Assembly: GCA_038999215.1 (NCBI GenBank)
Contig: JAWABM010000011.1
Span: 2,333 to 22,802, forward strand
Reading direction: 5' to 3'
Source of the DNA: Candidatus Aenigmatarchaeota archaeon
Lineage (GTDB): Archaea > Aenigmatarchaeota > Aenigmatarchaeia > Aenigmatarchaeales > JACQIB01
Length of the DNA: 20,470 bases
A program made the position numbers and the translations under genes. Numbering within the stretch: the stretch's first letter is position 1; each line of letters opens with the position of its first letter. The notes below the pieces were generated by a model, which was not told the origin of the DNA, ran no database searches, and was given only the letters and a program-made list of their open reading frames with translations. Below, one piece after another: positions 7,074 through 15,305 of this stretch.

Positions 7074-8348
7074 TCACTTTTTGGCCTTCTTCCCGCCGCC
7101 CTTCCTGGCTTCCTTCTTTTCCATTTCCTTGGCCGCCTTCTCGAGCTCCTTTTCGGCCGGTCTGCTCTTCTCTATGATGCCGCGCACGTCCATAACGAAG
7201 CGCCGCACGTACTCCTTGGTCATATAGACGTCCCTGTCGTTTATTTCTTCCAGTTTCTTGTCTTCCAGTTTCTTGCGCATCTCCACCACCTTGCCGAAAA
7301 CGTCCGCATACCACGGGCTCACCAGCCCCGGCTCTGTCAGGTACTTCCTGAAAGCTTCAGGAAGCTTTTCCGGCTCAGGCGGAAGCTTCTCCAGGGATTT
7401 CAGCGCGGCCACGCTGGCCTTTATCATGATTTCGTACATCTTCTTTATGTCGCTTGCCTTCTTTCCGGCTTCGAGGTTCGCCAGCAGCCTCTCTATCCTT
7501 TCCACGAACTTCTCCGTCCTCGCTATCCACTTGTCGACCTCCTCGCCCTTGATTTGCCTTATTTCCTTGTGCTCCACGGCCTTCCTGAACTTAACGACTT
7601 CGTCTACGAAGTCAGCCCATTCCTCTTCGAGCAGGCCTGGTGCCACAAGATGCGCCCTCATCTGCTTGCCTATCACTTTAGGAGCAGGCGGGCCGACACC
7701 GACGAACATCAGCACCGCCTGGGCAGCGTCGACAATGGCGTAGTAGAGGTCCTCCGCGATCATGTAGAGCTTCACGCTCTCCACCCTTCTCAGCCTCTTC
7801 GGCACGCCTTCCATCCTCGTTTCCGCCGCCTCTATAGTGGCCGGGAACTTGCCCCATTCGAGCATCTTCCTCATCGGTATGAAGTAGCCTGTGTCGTGGA
7901 TGGCGTAGCCCTCGCGGACTATGTTGTAGAACAGCGGGTGCTGCTTCATCACGCCGTCCATGAACTCCGTCAGCGCCAGGACCGGTTGGGGGTGCAGGCG
8001 CGGGTCCGTTTCGCTTGCCATTCTTGCGATGTCCCTGTCGACCTTCTCCCTGATGTCGTCGAACTTCTTGAGCGGCATCTTCGTGTCATCAAAGATTATG
8101 TATATATCGACGTCCGATTTGCCGGTGTAATCGCCGCGGGTGATGCTGCCCCATACCACGACGGCCTTGATGTAATCCTTGAACATGCCGAGTATCTTGT
8201 TCTTGAACTCGTCCGAGCTTTTCAGCCTCGTCCGTAGCGAGAACTTCCTGAGCTTCTCGCCCATCGTCTTGGCCTTCTCCTCCCTTTTCTGCTCGGTTTT
8301 CTTTTCAGCCACTTCTGCTCCCCTCTGATTGTTTTCGCCTGCTGCCAT
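7074..8348 (-). CDS. Pol-beta-type nucleotidyltransferase (MNT) fused to HEPN-like domain(s)
   Basis: WGSITRGDYTGKSDVDI (GS..DxD); LYYAIVDAAQAVL and RKAVEH (Rx4H); a second degenerate helical repeat follows. Confidence 0.85.
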   Translation of the reverse strand: MAAGENNQRGAEVAEKKTEQKREEKAKTMGEKLRKFSLRTRLKSSDEFKNKILGMFKDYIKAVVVWGSITRGDYTGKSDVDIYIIFDDTKMPLKKFDDIREKVDRDIARMASETDPRLHPQPVLALTEFMDGVMKQHPLFYNIVREGYAIHDTGYFIPMRKMLEWGKFPATIEAAETRMEGVPKRLRRVESVKLYMIAEDLYYAIVDAAQAVLMFVGVGPPAPKVIGKQMRAHLVAPGLLEEEWADFVDEVVKFRKAVEHKEIRQIKGEEVDKWIARTEKFVERIERLLANLEAGKKASDIKKMYEIMIKASVAALKSLEKLPPEPEKLPEAFRKYLTEPGLVSPWYADVFGKVVEMRKKLEDKKLEEINDRDVYMTKEYVRRFVMDVRGIIEKSRPAEKELEKAAKEMEKKEARKGGGKKAKK

Positions 8349-8394
8349 TTATATAAGTTGAACGGTTGAATATTTAAATACCACTATAAGGTAG

Positions 8395-9942
8395 TTACCT
8401 ATACTTCTCCTTCGACCATTCCGCGAGCTTGCCCTTCTCCTTCGCCGCCGTCCCCAGCGCGCCGTGCTCCTCCTCCGTCATGGTCAGCATCCCCTTTAAC
8501 GGGTCTAGCGCATGCTCCTTCATCTTGAGCAGCTGCACCTTCCATTCCGCCGCCTGCATGTCCATTCCGAAGAACTCTGGCGGCAGCTTCTTGAACTCGA
8601 CGTCCTTTTCCAGGTATTTCTTCATAAGCCTCATTGCGAGCACAGTGTCTTTTATCATGCCCTCCTCCCCTCCCCTTTCGAATATCCACCAGCCGGACTT
8701 GAAGCCCTTCTTCCTCAGCTCGTAGAGCCTCTGATAGATGTACATCTGGGCCTCGGATCCTATCGCTATCGGCAGGTGGGAGGGGTTCATGGGGGTCGGA
8801 ACTGTCATGTGCACCACCTTCAGCCTTTCGCCTGCTCCGGGCGGCAGCTCCCCTATGTCCTTCTTCGGGTCTATGTTGCAGCTCATCATGTGCTCCATGT
8901 CCATGGTGATGCCGAACAGCGGCGAGCCCAGCGATTTCACTAGCTGGTATATTTGCGGCAGGCGCGCGAGCCTCATGTAGCCCTCGTATCCCTTCTGGGC
9001 CATGGGAGTCTCGAAGCAGAAATACATCCCGCTCCTTTCAAGTATCGGCTTCGGGTCCTCGTATGGAGAGCCCTTGTAGGGGTTGAAGTGCCCCCAGACG
9101 TATTTGGCCGATACCGCCGGCACCCATTTGTCATGCTTCGTGAGAATTTCGTTGTCGCTCAGTATCTTGCCTACAATGCCCTCCCAGATGCCGTCGCGGT
9201 TGTCCTGCATCCACTTGGCAACAATGATGTAGGCCAGCCTTTCCATGCCGTAGTGCATCTCCCCGCTGTTGACCATCCTTATAAGGTGTTCCTCTGCTTT
9301 CTTTCTTGCCTTTGTTTGCAATTCCTTCTGCGCCTTTTCGTCCGGCATCTTTCCTTCGTGAGTGCTTACGTATTCGTCCATCAGGTCCTTGATGAACCAT
9401 TCCGGTGACGGTATGTACCTGAAAAGGTCCGGTATCGGCGAGTCCTTGGCCACCTTGAGAACCCAGTCCACGAGCTTCGGGTTCTCCTTCAGGAATTCGC
9501 CGAGCGGCCGCCCCCAGAAGTCGCACAAGTTAGTGTTCTGCAGCTCGTGCGAGAGGAGTATGAACGGATGGGCCTCGCTGGTGTGTATTGTGCAGTATTT
9601 GGCGCCGAGCTTTGAGCATTCCTTGACATGAATCATGAGCCTGTCGTGCGCCCTGCGGTAGTCCGCCACCGACGTCGAGTCGAGCGGCATGGTGTCCATG
9701 CCCGTTATTGCGACGCATTCGCCGTGGACCCCGAATGTTATGTTCAGGTTCTTGACAGCCTTGTCCACTTTGGCCTTCAGGTCGTCCTCTTTGAACTCGT
9801 TCACGCTTTCCAAGTCTATCTGCACGTGGTTCGTGCCCGATGTCGCTATCCACGTGAGCTTCCTGCTTATACCCAGGATCTCCTCCTTCTTTGCCACCGA
9901 CCATATCCCGCTGGAGACTCCTATCTCGTATCCTTTGGGCAT
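8395..9942 (-). CDS. Xylose isomerase-like/AP endonuclease 2 TIM-barrel protein with large insertion
   Basis: Ordered metal ligands GVHG, TIHT, CFET, MDMEH, VVHM, SHLPI and IFER; TGATG overlap with the upstream gene. Confidence 0.8.
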   Translation of the reverse strand: MPKGYEIGVSSGIWSVAKKEEILGISRKLTWIATSGTNHVQIDLESVNEFKEDDLKAKVDKAVKNLNITFGVHGECVAITGMDTMPLDSTSVADYRRAHDRLMIHVKECSKLGAKYCTIHTSEAHPFILLSHELQNTNLCDFWGRPLGEFLKENPKLVDWVLKVAKDSPIPDLFRYIPSPEWFIKDLMDEYVSTHEGKMPDEKAQKELQTKARKKAEEHLIRMVNSGEMHYGMERLAYIIVAKWMQDNRDGIWEGIVGKILSDNEILTKHDKWVPAVSAKYVWGHFNPYKGSPYEDPKPILERSGMYFCFETPMAQKGYEGYMRLARLPQIYQLVKSLGSPLFGITMDMEHMMSCNIDPKKDIGELPPGAGERLKVVHMTVPTPMNPSHLPIAIGSEAQMYIYQRLYELRKKGFKSGWWIFERGGEEGMIKDTVLAMRLMKKYLEKDVEFKKLPPEFFGMDMQAAEWKVQLLKMKEHALDPLKGMLTMTEEEHGALGTAAKEKGKLAEWSKEKYR

Positions 9943-11618
9943 CAGCCAACACCCATCCTTCCCTTTATGAATCCAACGATTGCTCCGAACTTCTCGCCGG
10001 CCTGCGTCAGGTAGTATTTCGACAGCCTTTCCTTGAACTCCCTTTCGTACGGCCCGGCCTTGACGAAGAATCTCTTGTGTTCCTCCTTGAGCGACACCTT
10101 TCCGAAAGGCGCGAACATGCCCCTGAACTCCTCCACGGTCTTCGCCCAGTCCTTTGCCAGCTCGCCCAAAGGAGTCAGCTTCTTCGGCTTCTCGCCGAAC
10201 ATGCCGGGGAATTCCTCCTTTATGACCTCGCTTATGTGCTTCTCCTCTATCCTTACGCCGAGCATCTCGTCTATGTAGTGCTCAAGCTCCTTCTGCCTGC
10301 ATTTCAGTTCCAGCAGCTTCACTAGCATGATGTTCTGCGAAAGCATGTAGGTCCTTATCGTGAACGTTATGTCCTCCAGCTCGCCCAAGGGCAAGACCGA
10401 GCCAACCCTTAACACGTCTATGTCGAAGAATATGTAATACAGCTGGTTCGGGTCCAGGCTGTGCATGCCCGCCTTCCACTCCTTCTTTATCTCCTCGACC
10501 ATGAGGTCGGCCTCGCATTCGATCTCGCCTTTCTTGAATTTCTTTTCAGGCACCCTGTTCAGCAGCCAGGGATATATGCTCGCCAGACCAGTCTTGTCGT
10601 TCAGTATCAGGTTCTCCCTCACATAGCTGTCGTAAGGGTCATGAATGAAGTCCCCGACCTTCTCTACCCCCGGTTTGTGCACCTCCTCTGCGCTGAATGC
10701 CTTCCAGGCCCACAGCCTCACGTTGTTCGAGAAGGTCTTCTGGCCGGTCACGTCCGCGAAAGAGCTGAGCGCGGAGCCCCTTCTAAATGCGGTCTCGTGC
10801 CCCGTCTTCATCATCTTGAACTTGGTTATGTAAGGTTTGAGCCATTCCCTGTATTCCTCCACGCTGGCCTTTCTGGCCTCGACCATGCCTTTTATCGTAG
10901 CGTACCTTTCCTTGGCGGCCTCTCCGAACAGCTTCTTCCACTCCACGTAAAGGCGGTTCTTCGTCGCTAGGACGACCCCTTCGGCCTTGCTGACGCCGAG
11001 CTTCTTGGATATGCCTTCAGGGTCCACGTCCTTGTCGGACAGTTTCATGAAGTCCGCCACTATTGTGGGCCAGCGGGGAGCTATCGAGCGCAGCGCCACG
11101 GGCGCCTGGCCCTGCACGTCAGTATGTATGTCGACCTGGTCTATGAACATCGCCCTTAGCGAATGCTCGTCCTTCTTCTCGAAATAATCGAGTATTTCCC
11201 GGTACTTGCGCAGGTCGTGCTTGGCCAGCTCGTAGTCGGAGACGAGCGCGGCGGTTGACGCCATTCCCTGCTTTATCGTGGCCTCGAGCTCCCTTTTCTG
11301 TGAGAGCGTGCGCTGGTAGTATTCCGTGTGCGTGGGCGACACCTCTATCCATTCGTCCACCTTCACCACATTGTAGCCCCACTTTGGCAGCTGGAAAACA
11401 AGGGCATAGTATAGCGCCGAGGCCACCCCCGGCGCAGCTGTCATGTTAAGCTCCGTGGTCTGGTTGACCTTGGTTTCCATGCCTGGCGGCTTTGTCGGCC
11501 CTGTCGCCAGGTAGAGCCCTATGTAGGGGCTGCTCGCTTCTGTCAGCGGTATGCCGGTGCCTTTCGGCTTGCCGGCCCTCTTTTCAGCCTTCATGAAATC
11601 GAATATTGGCTTGTCCAT
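9942..11618 (-). CDS. Uncharacterised 558-aa helical/coiled-coil protein
   Basis: Long ORF with host codon usage; GGCGG RBS before ATG 11618; no motif recognised. Confidence 0.85.
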   Translation of the reverse strand: MDKPIFDFMKAEKRAGKPKGTGIPLTEASSPYIGLYLATGPTKPPGMETKVNQTTELNMTAAPGVASALYYALVFQLPKWGYNVVKVDEWIEVSPTHTEYYQRTLSQKRELEATIKQGMASTAALVSDYELAKHDLRKYREILDYFEKKDEHSLRAMFIDQVDIHTDVQGQAPVALRSIAPRWPTIVADFMKLSDKDVDPEGISKKLGVSKAEGVVLATKNRLYVEWKKLFGEAAKERYATIKGMVEARKASVEEYREWLKPYITKFKMMKTGHETAFRRGSALSSFADVTGQKTFSNNVRLWAWKAFSAEEVHKPGVEKVGDFIHDPYDSYVRENLILNDKTGLASIYPWLLNRVPEKKFKKGEIECEADLMVEEIKKEWKAGMHSLDPNQLYYIFFDIDVLRVGSVLPLGELEDITFTIRTYMLSQNIMLVKLLELKCRQKELEHYIDEMLGVRIEEKHISEVIKEEFPGMFGEKPKKLTPLGELAKDWAKTVEEFRGMFAPFGKVSLKEEHKRFFVKAGPYEREFKERLSKYYLTQAGEKFGAIVGFIKGRMGVG

Positions 11619-11626
11619 GGAACCGC

Positions 11627-11878
11627 CTACGTTAGCACGAATATGAGTATTCCGAGCAGGAGCAGCAGCACGCCTATGACCCTTCCGGCTATGGTGAAGC
11701 TCTTTGCCTGGTAATCGCTTATGTCGGGAAAATACATCAGTATGAGCGCGCCCATTATCACAAGCAGCGAGCCGAACAGCTTGGACGAGAACGACCATAC
11801 GAGATATACGACCGCGCCGATGATTATGAACAGTATCATGACGGTCGCTGTCTGGAAGGCCTGCGCCGAGGAGTTCAT
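11627..11878 (-). CDS. Small membrane protein (about 3 TM helices)
   Basis: Three hydrophobic stretches; first gene of the operon; TATA-like TTTATATT about 22-29 nt upstream. Confidence 0.85.
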   Translation of the reverse strand: MNSSAQAFQTATVMILFIIIGAVVYLVWSFSSKLFGSLLVIMGALILMYFPDISDYQAKSFTIAGRVIGVLLLLLGILIFVLT

Positions 11879-11946
11879 AATAATAATTTTAAGGGGCGCA
11901 ATATAAAGTTATATATCTTACTCAAGCCTGATATTTAGTGATTGCT

Positions 11947-12444
11947 ATGGTTATCGCGAGGACGAAGATGGTCATACAGGACGACCTCTTGAAGCCTTGG
12001 CCAAAGGCCACTGTCAGCTACGCCGGCCCGAACGCAGAAAGGTTCTACAAGGAGATACCCAAGCTGCTGCAGTCCGTGTTCCGCGTGCACCCCGGCGACA
12101 TACAGGAGAAGAAGTTCTCCTGGTCGAAGGGTGAGCCTGAGAAGTTCAGCGTCAAATGGGAGATGGACAAGAACCTGGACAGGAACTCCTATTACCAGGT
12201 CACTGTCGAACTCAAGGGCACGGGCGGGAAGGAGGGCAAGGCCGAGATTGTAGTGGACGGCGCCCTGAGGACCGAATACCCCCAGGACACCGTCTGGGAG
12301 CGCTCGCTTCTTTACGAGTTCCTTAGGGTATTCTGGCACAGGATTTTCTACTGGTCAAAAAGGGAGCAGATGATTAGGGAAGGCAGCAGGCTCTTGGCCG
12401 TCTATCTGGAGAATCTGAAGAGGCTCGCCCATCAGAAGGAATGA
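11947..12444 (+). CDS. Uncharacterised alpha/beta protein, paralogue A
   Basis: Aligns by eye to the next gene (KEIP.L, F, W, G.L.TE.P, R.FY). Confidence 0.85.
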   Translation: MVIARTKMVIQDDLLKPWPKATVSYAGPNAERFYKEIPKLLQSVFRVHPGDIQEKKFSWSKGEPEKFSVKWEMDKNLDRNSYYQVTVELKGTGGKEGKAEIVVDGALRTEYPQDTVWERSLLYEFLRVFWHRIFYWSKREQMIREGSRLLAVYLENLKRLAHQKE

Positions 12445-12448
12445 TGAG

Positions 12449-12946
12449 ATGGGAGAGGAATACGTGGTCAGGACCGAGGTCCTTCCGCTTGAGGGCGAGA
12501 TAGAAAGGGAGCTTGAAGGCAGCAATCCAACGAAGCTGCTCAAGGAGATACCTTCCCTGATGAAGCAGCTCTTTAAGATAGGCTCCTCCTCTTTCTTTGA
12601 AGACAAGATAAAGTGGGACAAGCTCGGCGATCCTGTCGAGTTCTTCGCTCAGTGGAGGGGCAAGGTCGGTGAGGACGCCCGCACAAACTTCTGGCTCAAG
12701 GTCGTAGTTCAGGGCAGGCAGGGCCTAAAGGACAAGAGGGGCAGCGTCACCGTGAAGATAACAGGCTGGCTCGAGACAGAGATACCGCATGAGACGTCCC
12801 TTGACAAGGCGATGAAGCTGGCCAACATGAGGATGTTCTATGCGAAGCAGCTGCAGGAATATGTGAGGAGGAACAGAGCGCTCATCGAGCGCCTTGACAT
12901 GGACATAAGGAGGGCCATGGAAGCCGGCCTTCCAGAGGAGATATGA
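12449..12946 (+). CDS. Uncharacterised alpha/beta protein, paralogue B
   Basis: Same length (165 aa) and shared motifs with the upstream gene; GGAA/GAG RBS-like sequence. Confidence 0.85.
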   Translation: MGEEYVVRTEVLPLEGEIERELEGSNPTKLLKEIPSLMKQLFKIGSSSFFEDKIKWDKLGDPVEFFAQWRGKVGEDARTNFWLKVVVQGRQGLKDKRGSVTVKITGWLETEIPHETSLDKAMKLANMRMFYAKQLQEYVRRNRALIERLDMDIRRAMEAGLPEEI

Positions 12947-13258
12947 ATGGCTTTTGATATTTTCAGGAAGAAGCCCAAGGAGCCGGCAGAGCCTGAGGAG
13001 GTGGAGCTTCCGCCGGAGCTTGAGCACCTGAGGCTTGCCGGTCCGCCGTTCCCCGGGAAGGCGGAGCCCGCCAGGACCGGCCTGGCTCCGGAGGCGCCGC
13101 AGCGCAGGCCTTTCGTGCCCGAGGAATTCGCCGAGGAAAGGTTCGGACCGGCGCCTGATAAGCCCAAGGAGTCCGAGGACAGGATAGCAATAATCCTCAG
13201 CAAGCTCGACATAATCGAGTCCAGACTGAAAATAATCGAGGAAAAGCTGAAGAAGTGA
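12947..13258 (+). CDS. Hypothetical protein: Pro/Glu-rich linker plus C-terminal coiled coil
   Basis: GGAG RBS, start abuts the upstream stop; C-terminal heptads IAIILSKLDIIESRLKIIEEKL. Confidence 0.8.
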   Translation: MAFDIFRKKPKEPAEPEEVELPPELEHLRLAGPPFPGKAEPARTGLAPEAPQRRPFVPEEFAEERFGPAPDKPKESEDRIAIILSKLDIIESRLKIIEEKLKK

Positions 13259-13642
13259 TTATTCGGACCCTTTCCGGCTCTTCTTTATGTCGTCCCTTAT
13301 CCCGTTCTCAATGTTCAGATATGCGTCAATGCAGCTCCCGCATTCCCTGTTCCCGCAGTGCCTCATTGCCGTCAGGAGGGACAGGTTTCTTGCCAGTGCG
13401 GTCTCAAGTCCCGAAAGCTTCCCATTTGGATCAGCGATGTTGCCGTTGGACCTGAACTCGTTGAAATGCTCGTAGACGCGCAATAACGCATTGTAAGCAT
13501 TGTCGCAGGCGGCATCCCTCCCAATCTCCTTCGACTTTTCCGGTCTGAATTTGGGGCAGTAATTCCTGAAATCCTTATAAGCTTCCAGCCATGCCTCGCT
13601 GCCTGTCAGATACTCCTTTTTCGGCTTCTCAGAAGCTTCCAT
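13259..13642 (-). CDS. Hypothetical Cys-containing protein downstream of tfb
   Basis: GGAGG RBS within the tfb 3' end; HCGNRECGSC motif. GTG at 13648 is an alternative start. Confidence 0.7.
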   Translation of the reverse strand: MEASEKPKKEYLTGSEAWLEAYKDFRNYCPKFRPEKSKEIGRDAACDNAYNALLRVYEHFNEFRSNGNIADPNGKLSGLETALARNLSLLTAMRHCGNRECGSCIDAYLNIENGIRDDIKKSRKGSE

Positions 13643-13644
13643 GC

Positions 13645-14643
13645 TCACGCCTCCTCCTTGACCCTCTTCTCGACTTCCTCCTCTATCCCGAGCTTATCAA
13701 CGAGTTCCTTGAAGCGGTTCCTTATCGTGACCTCGGTGACTCCGATTGCGTCAGCGATTTCGCGTTGGGTGCGCTTCTCGCCCTCTAGAACGGCGGCTAT
13801 GTAAAGGGCCGCCGCAGCGACGCCTGTCGGGCCCTTGCCCGAAGTCACTTCGTTCTTCTTCGCTTCCTTCAGGATCTGTATCGCCTTTGCCTGGACCTTG
13901 TCGGGAAGCCCCAGCATGCTGGCGAAGCGGGGCACATAGTCCTGCGGCGGAGCCGGCAGTATTCTCACGCGCAGCTCCCTTGCGATGTAGCGGTACGTCC
14001 TTCCGATCTCCCTGCGCTCCACTCCGCTCGCTTCCGCGATCTCCTCGAGCGTGCGGGGCGTTCCCATTTCCCTGCAGACAGCATAAAGCAGCGAGGCGAT
14101 GACGGATTCCATCGACCTCCCCCTCACGAGCCCGCGGTCGACGGCCTGCTCGTACTTCTTAGCCACCTCCTCGTGCACTTTCTTCGGCAGCCCCAGGAAC
14201 GAGACGAGCCTCTGCAGTTCGCTCAGGGCGAAGCTCAGGTTCCTGTCCTTCGATTCCACGAGCCTCTTCTGCCAGATCTTCAGTCTGTGGTATTGCGCCC
14301 TCTTCGCAGGTGCTACCCTGAACAGCTCGCCCTTGCCGCGGCCTATCTCGGTGGTAAGTCCTTTGTCGTGCTTCGTGAAAGTCAGCGGCGCCCCGGCGCG
14401 CGTGCGCTTTGATCTTTGTTCGTCGTCAAACGCCCTCCATTCAGGCGACGCGTCGACCATGGAATCCTCAAGAACCAGCCCGCATTTGGCGCAGACGCGC
14501 TCACCGCGCGCCTCGTCCTCGAAAAAATGGGTGCATCCGCATTCAGGGCACCTTGTTATCTTCTTCCCGGTGGGCTGCTTCTTTATCGGCTGCATGGCCC
14601 TTCTTGGGGTCAGTTTCGTCTCAGAAGGCTTCTTTTTGGGCAC
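13645..14643 (-). CDS. tfb: Transcription initiation factor IIB
   Basis: Zn ribbon CPEC..CAKC, B-reader PEWRAF, two cyclin repeats (RGRS, SGKGP, VTEVTIRNRFKEL); AGGTGA RBS with GTG start. Confidence 0.98.
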   Translation of the reverse strand: MPKKKPSETKLTPRRAMQPIKKQPTGKKITRCPECGCTHFFEDEARGERVCAKCGLVLEDSMVDASPEWRAFDDEQRSKRTRAGAPLTFTKHDKGLTTEIGRGKGELFRVAPAKRAQYHRLKIWQKRLVESKDRNLSFALSELQRLVSFLGLPKKVHEEVAKKYEQAVDRGLVRGRSMESVIASLLYAVCREMGTPRTLEEIAEASGVERREIGRTYRYIARELRVRILPAPPQDYVPRFASMLGLPDKVQAKAIQILKEAKKNEVTSGKGPTGVAAAALYIAAVLEGEKRTQREIADAIGVTEVTIRNRFKELVDKLGIEEEVEKRVKEEA

Positions 14644-14711
14644 AATATCACCTTGTTACTTATATGTAGTGAATAATACGCTCCTTATATAAGATTAGGT
14701 CATGCTTGGTA

Positions 14712-14737
14712 TATAAAGCTTTCTATCAAGCTTTATA
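14712..14737. repeat. Perfect 10-bp inverted repeat upstream of tfb
   Basis: TATAAAGCTT-tctatc-AAGCTTTATA. Confidence 0.7.
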
Positions 14738-14765
14738 AAACTATCGGTTTTTAACCGTAATCCGG

Positions 14766-15035
14766 TTAAGGCCGCTTCGTCTTTTGGCTCGGTTTCTTGT
14801 CTTCCCATCTCTTCTCGGCCGCCTTGGAGGGCTTTCCCCCTAATATATGCGGCCGGCGGCCGCTTCCGGCCCCCTTTTTGTATTCGTCAAAGGCGCGCCT
14901 TATCCTGCCCATCTCCCAGAGCATTATCCTCTGCCTTTCCTCCGCGTCCTTGGCGCCTTCCCTCCTTGTTCTGCCTTCGTCCAGAATCGAGTTTATCTCC
15001 CCTCTCAGCCTTTCCCAAGCAGCCTTGCTGGCCAT
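14766..15035 (-). CDS. Hypothetical basic protein (89 aa)
   Basis: Host-like codon usage; TTTTATAT box upstream; helical N-terminus and Lys/Arg-rich tail. Confidence 0.65.
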   Translation of the reverse strand: MASKAAWERLRGEINSILDEGRTRREGAKDAEERQRIMLWEMGRIRRAFDEYKKGAGSGRRPHILGGKPSKAAEKRWEDKKPSQKTKRP

Positions 15036-15069
15036 ACTCTTTTATTTGCCTCCCCCCAATATATAAAAC
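15036..15069. promoter_or_regulatory. 34-bp bidirectional promoter for leaderless genes
   Basis: TTTTATTT (+, 15040-15047) and TTTTATAT (-, 15068-15061) between divergent ATGs. Confidence 0.6.
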
Positions 15070-15270
15070 ATGATACCGCTGAAGGAGATAGAGAAGGTCG
15101 TAAAGGCTGCTGGCGTGGAAAGGGTGTCCGAGGACGGCCTGAAGGAGCTTCAGAAGGAGCTGGAAAGGGTCGGTTCCGAGGTGGCCAAGGATGCGGCCGT
15201 ATTGGCGAAGGCCGCCAAGCGCGACGCAATCTCCGCGCAGGATGTTCTCAAGGCTTCGGGAAAGGCATAG
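15070..15270 (+). CDS. Archaeal histone-fold protein (atypical variant)
   Basis: Collinear with HMf-type histones: P..I.K..K.AG.ERVS.D ... LA...R..I.A.D. Confidence 0.88.
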   Translation: MIPLKEIEKVVKAAGVERVSEDGLKELQKELERVGSEVAKDAAVLAKAAKRDAISAQDVLKASGKA

Positions 15271-15305
15271 CAAACTTTATATTCAAGCCCCGCAAATAAG
15301 GACGC

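Noticed and set aside
11619..11798. 60-aa extension of the large ORF (618 aa)
   Set aside because: It overlaps the 3-TM gene in another frame; the RBS supports ATG 11618.
14757..14775. TAATCCGGTTAAGGC resembling a tRNA D-loop
   Set aside because: No acceptor stem, anticodon arm or T-arm; it overlaps a CDS stop.
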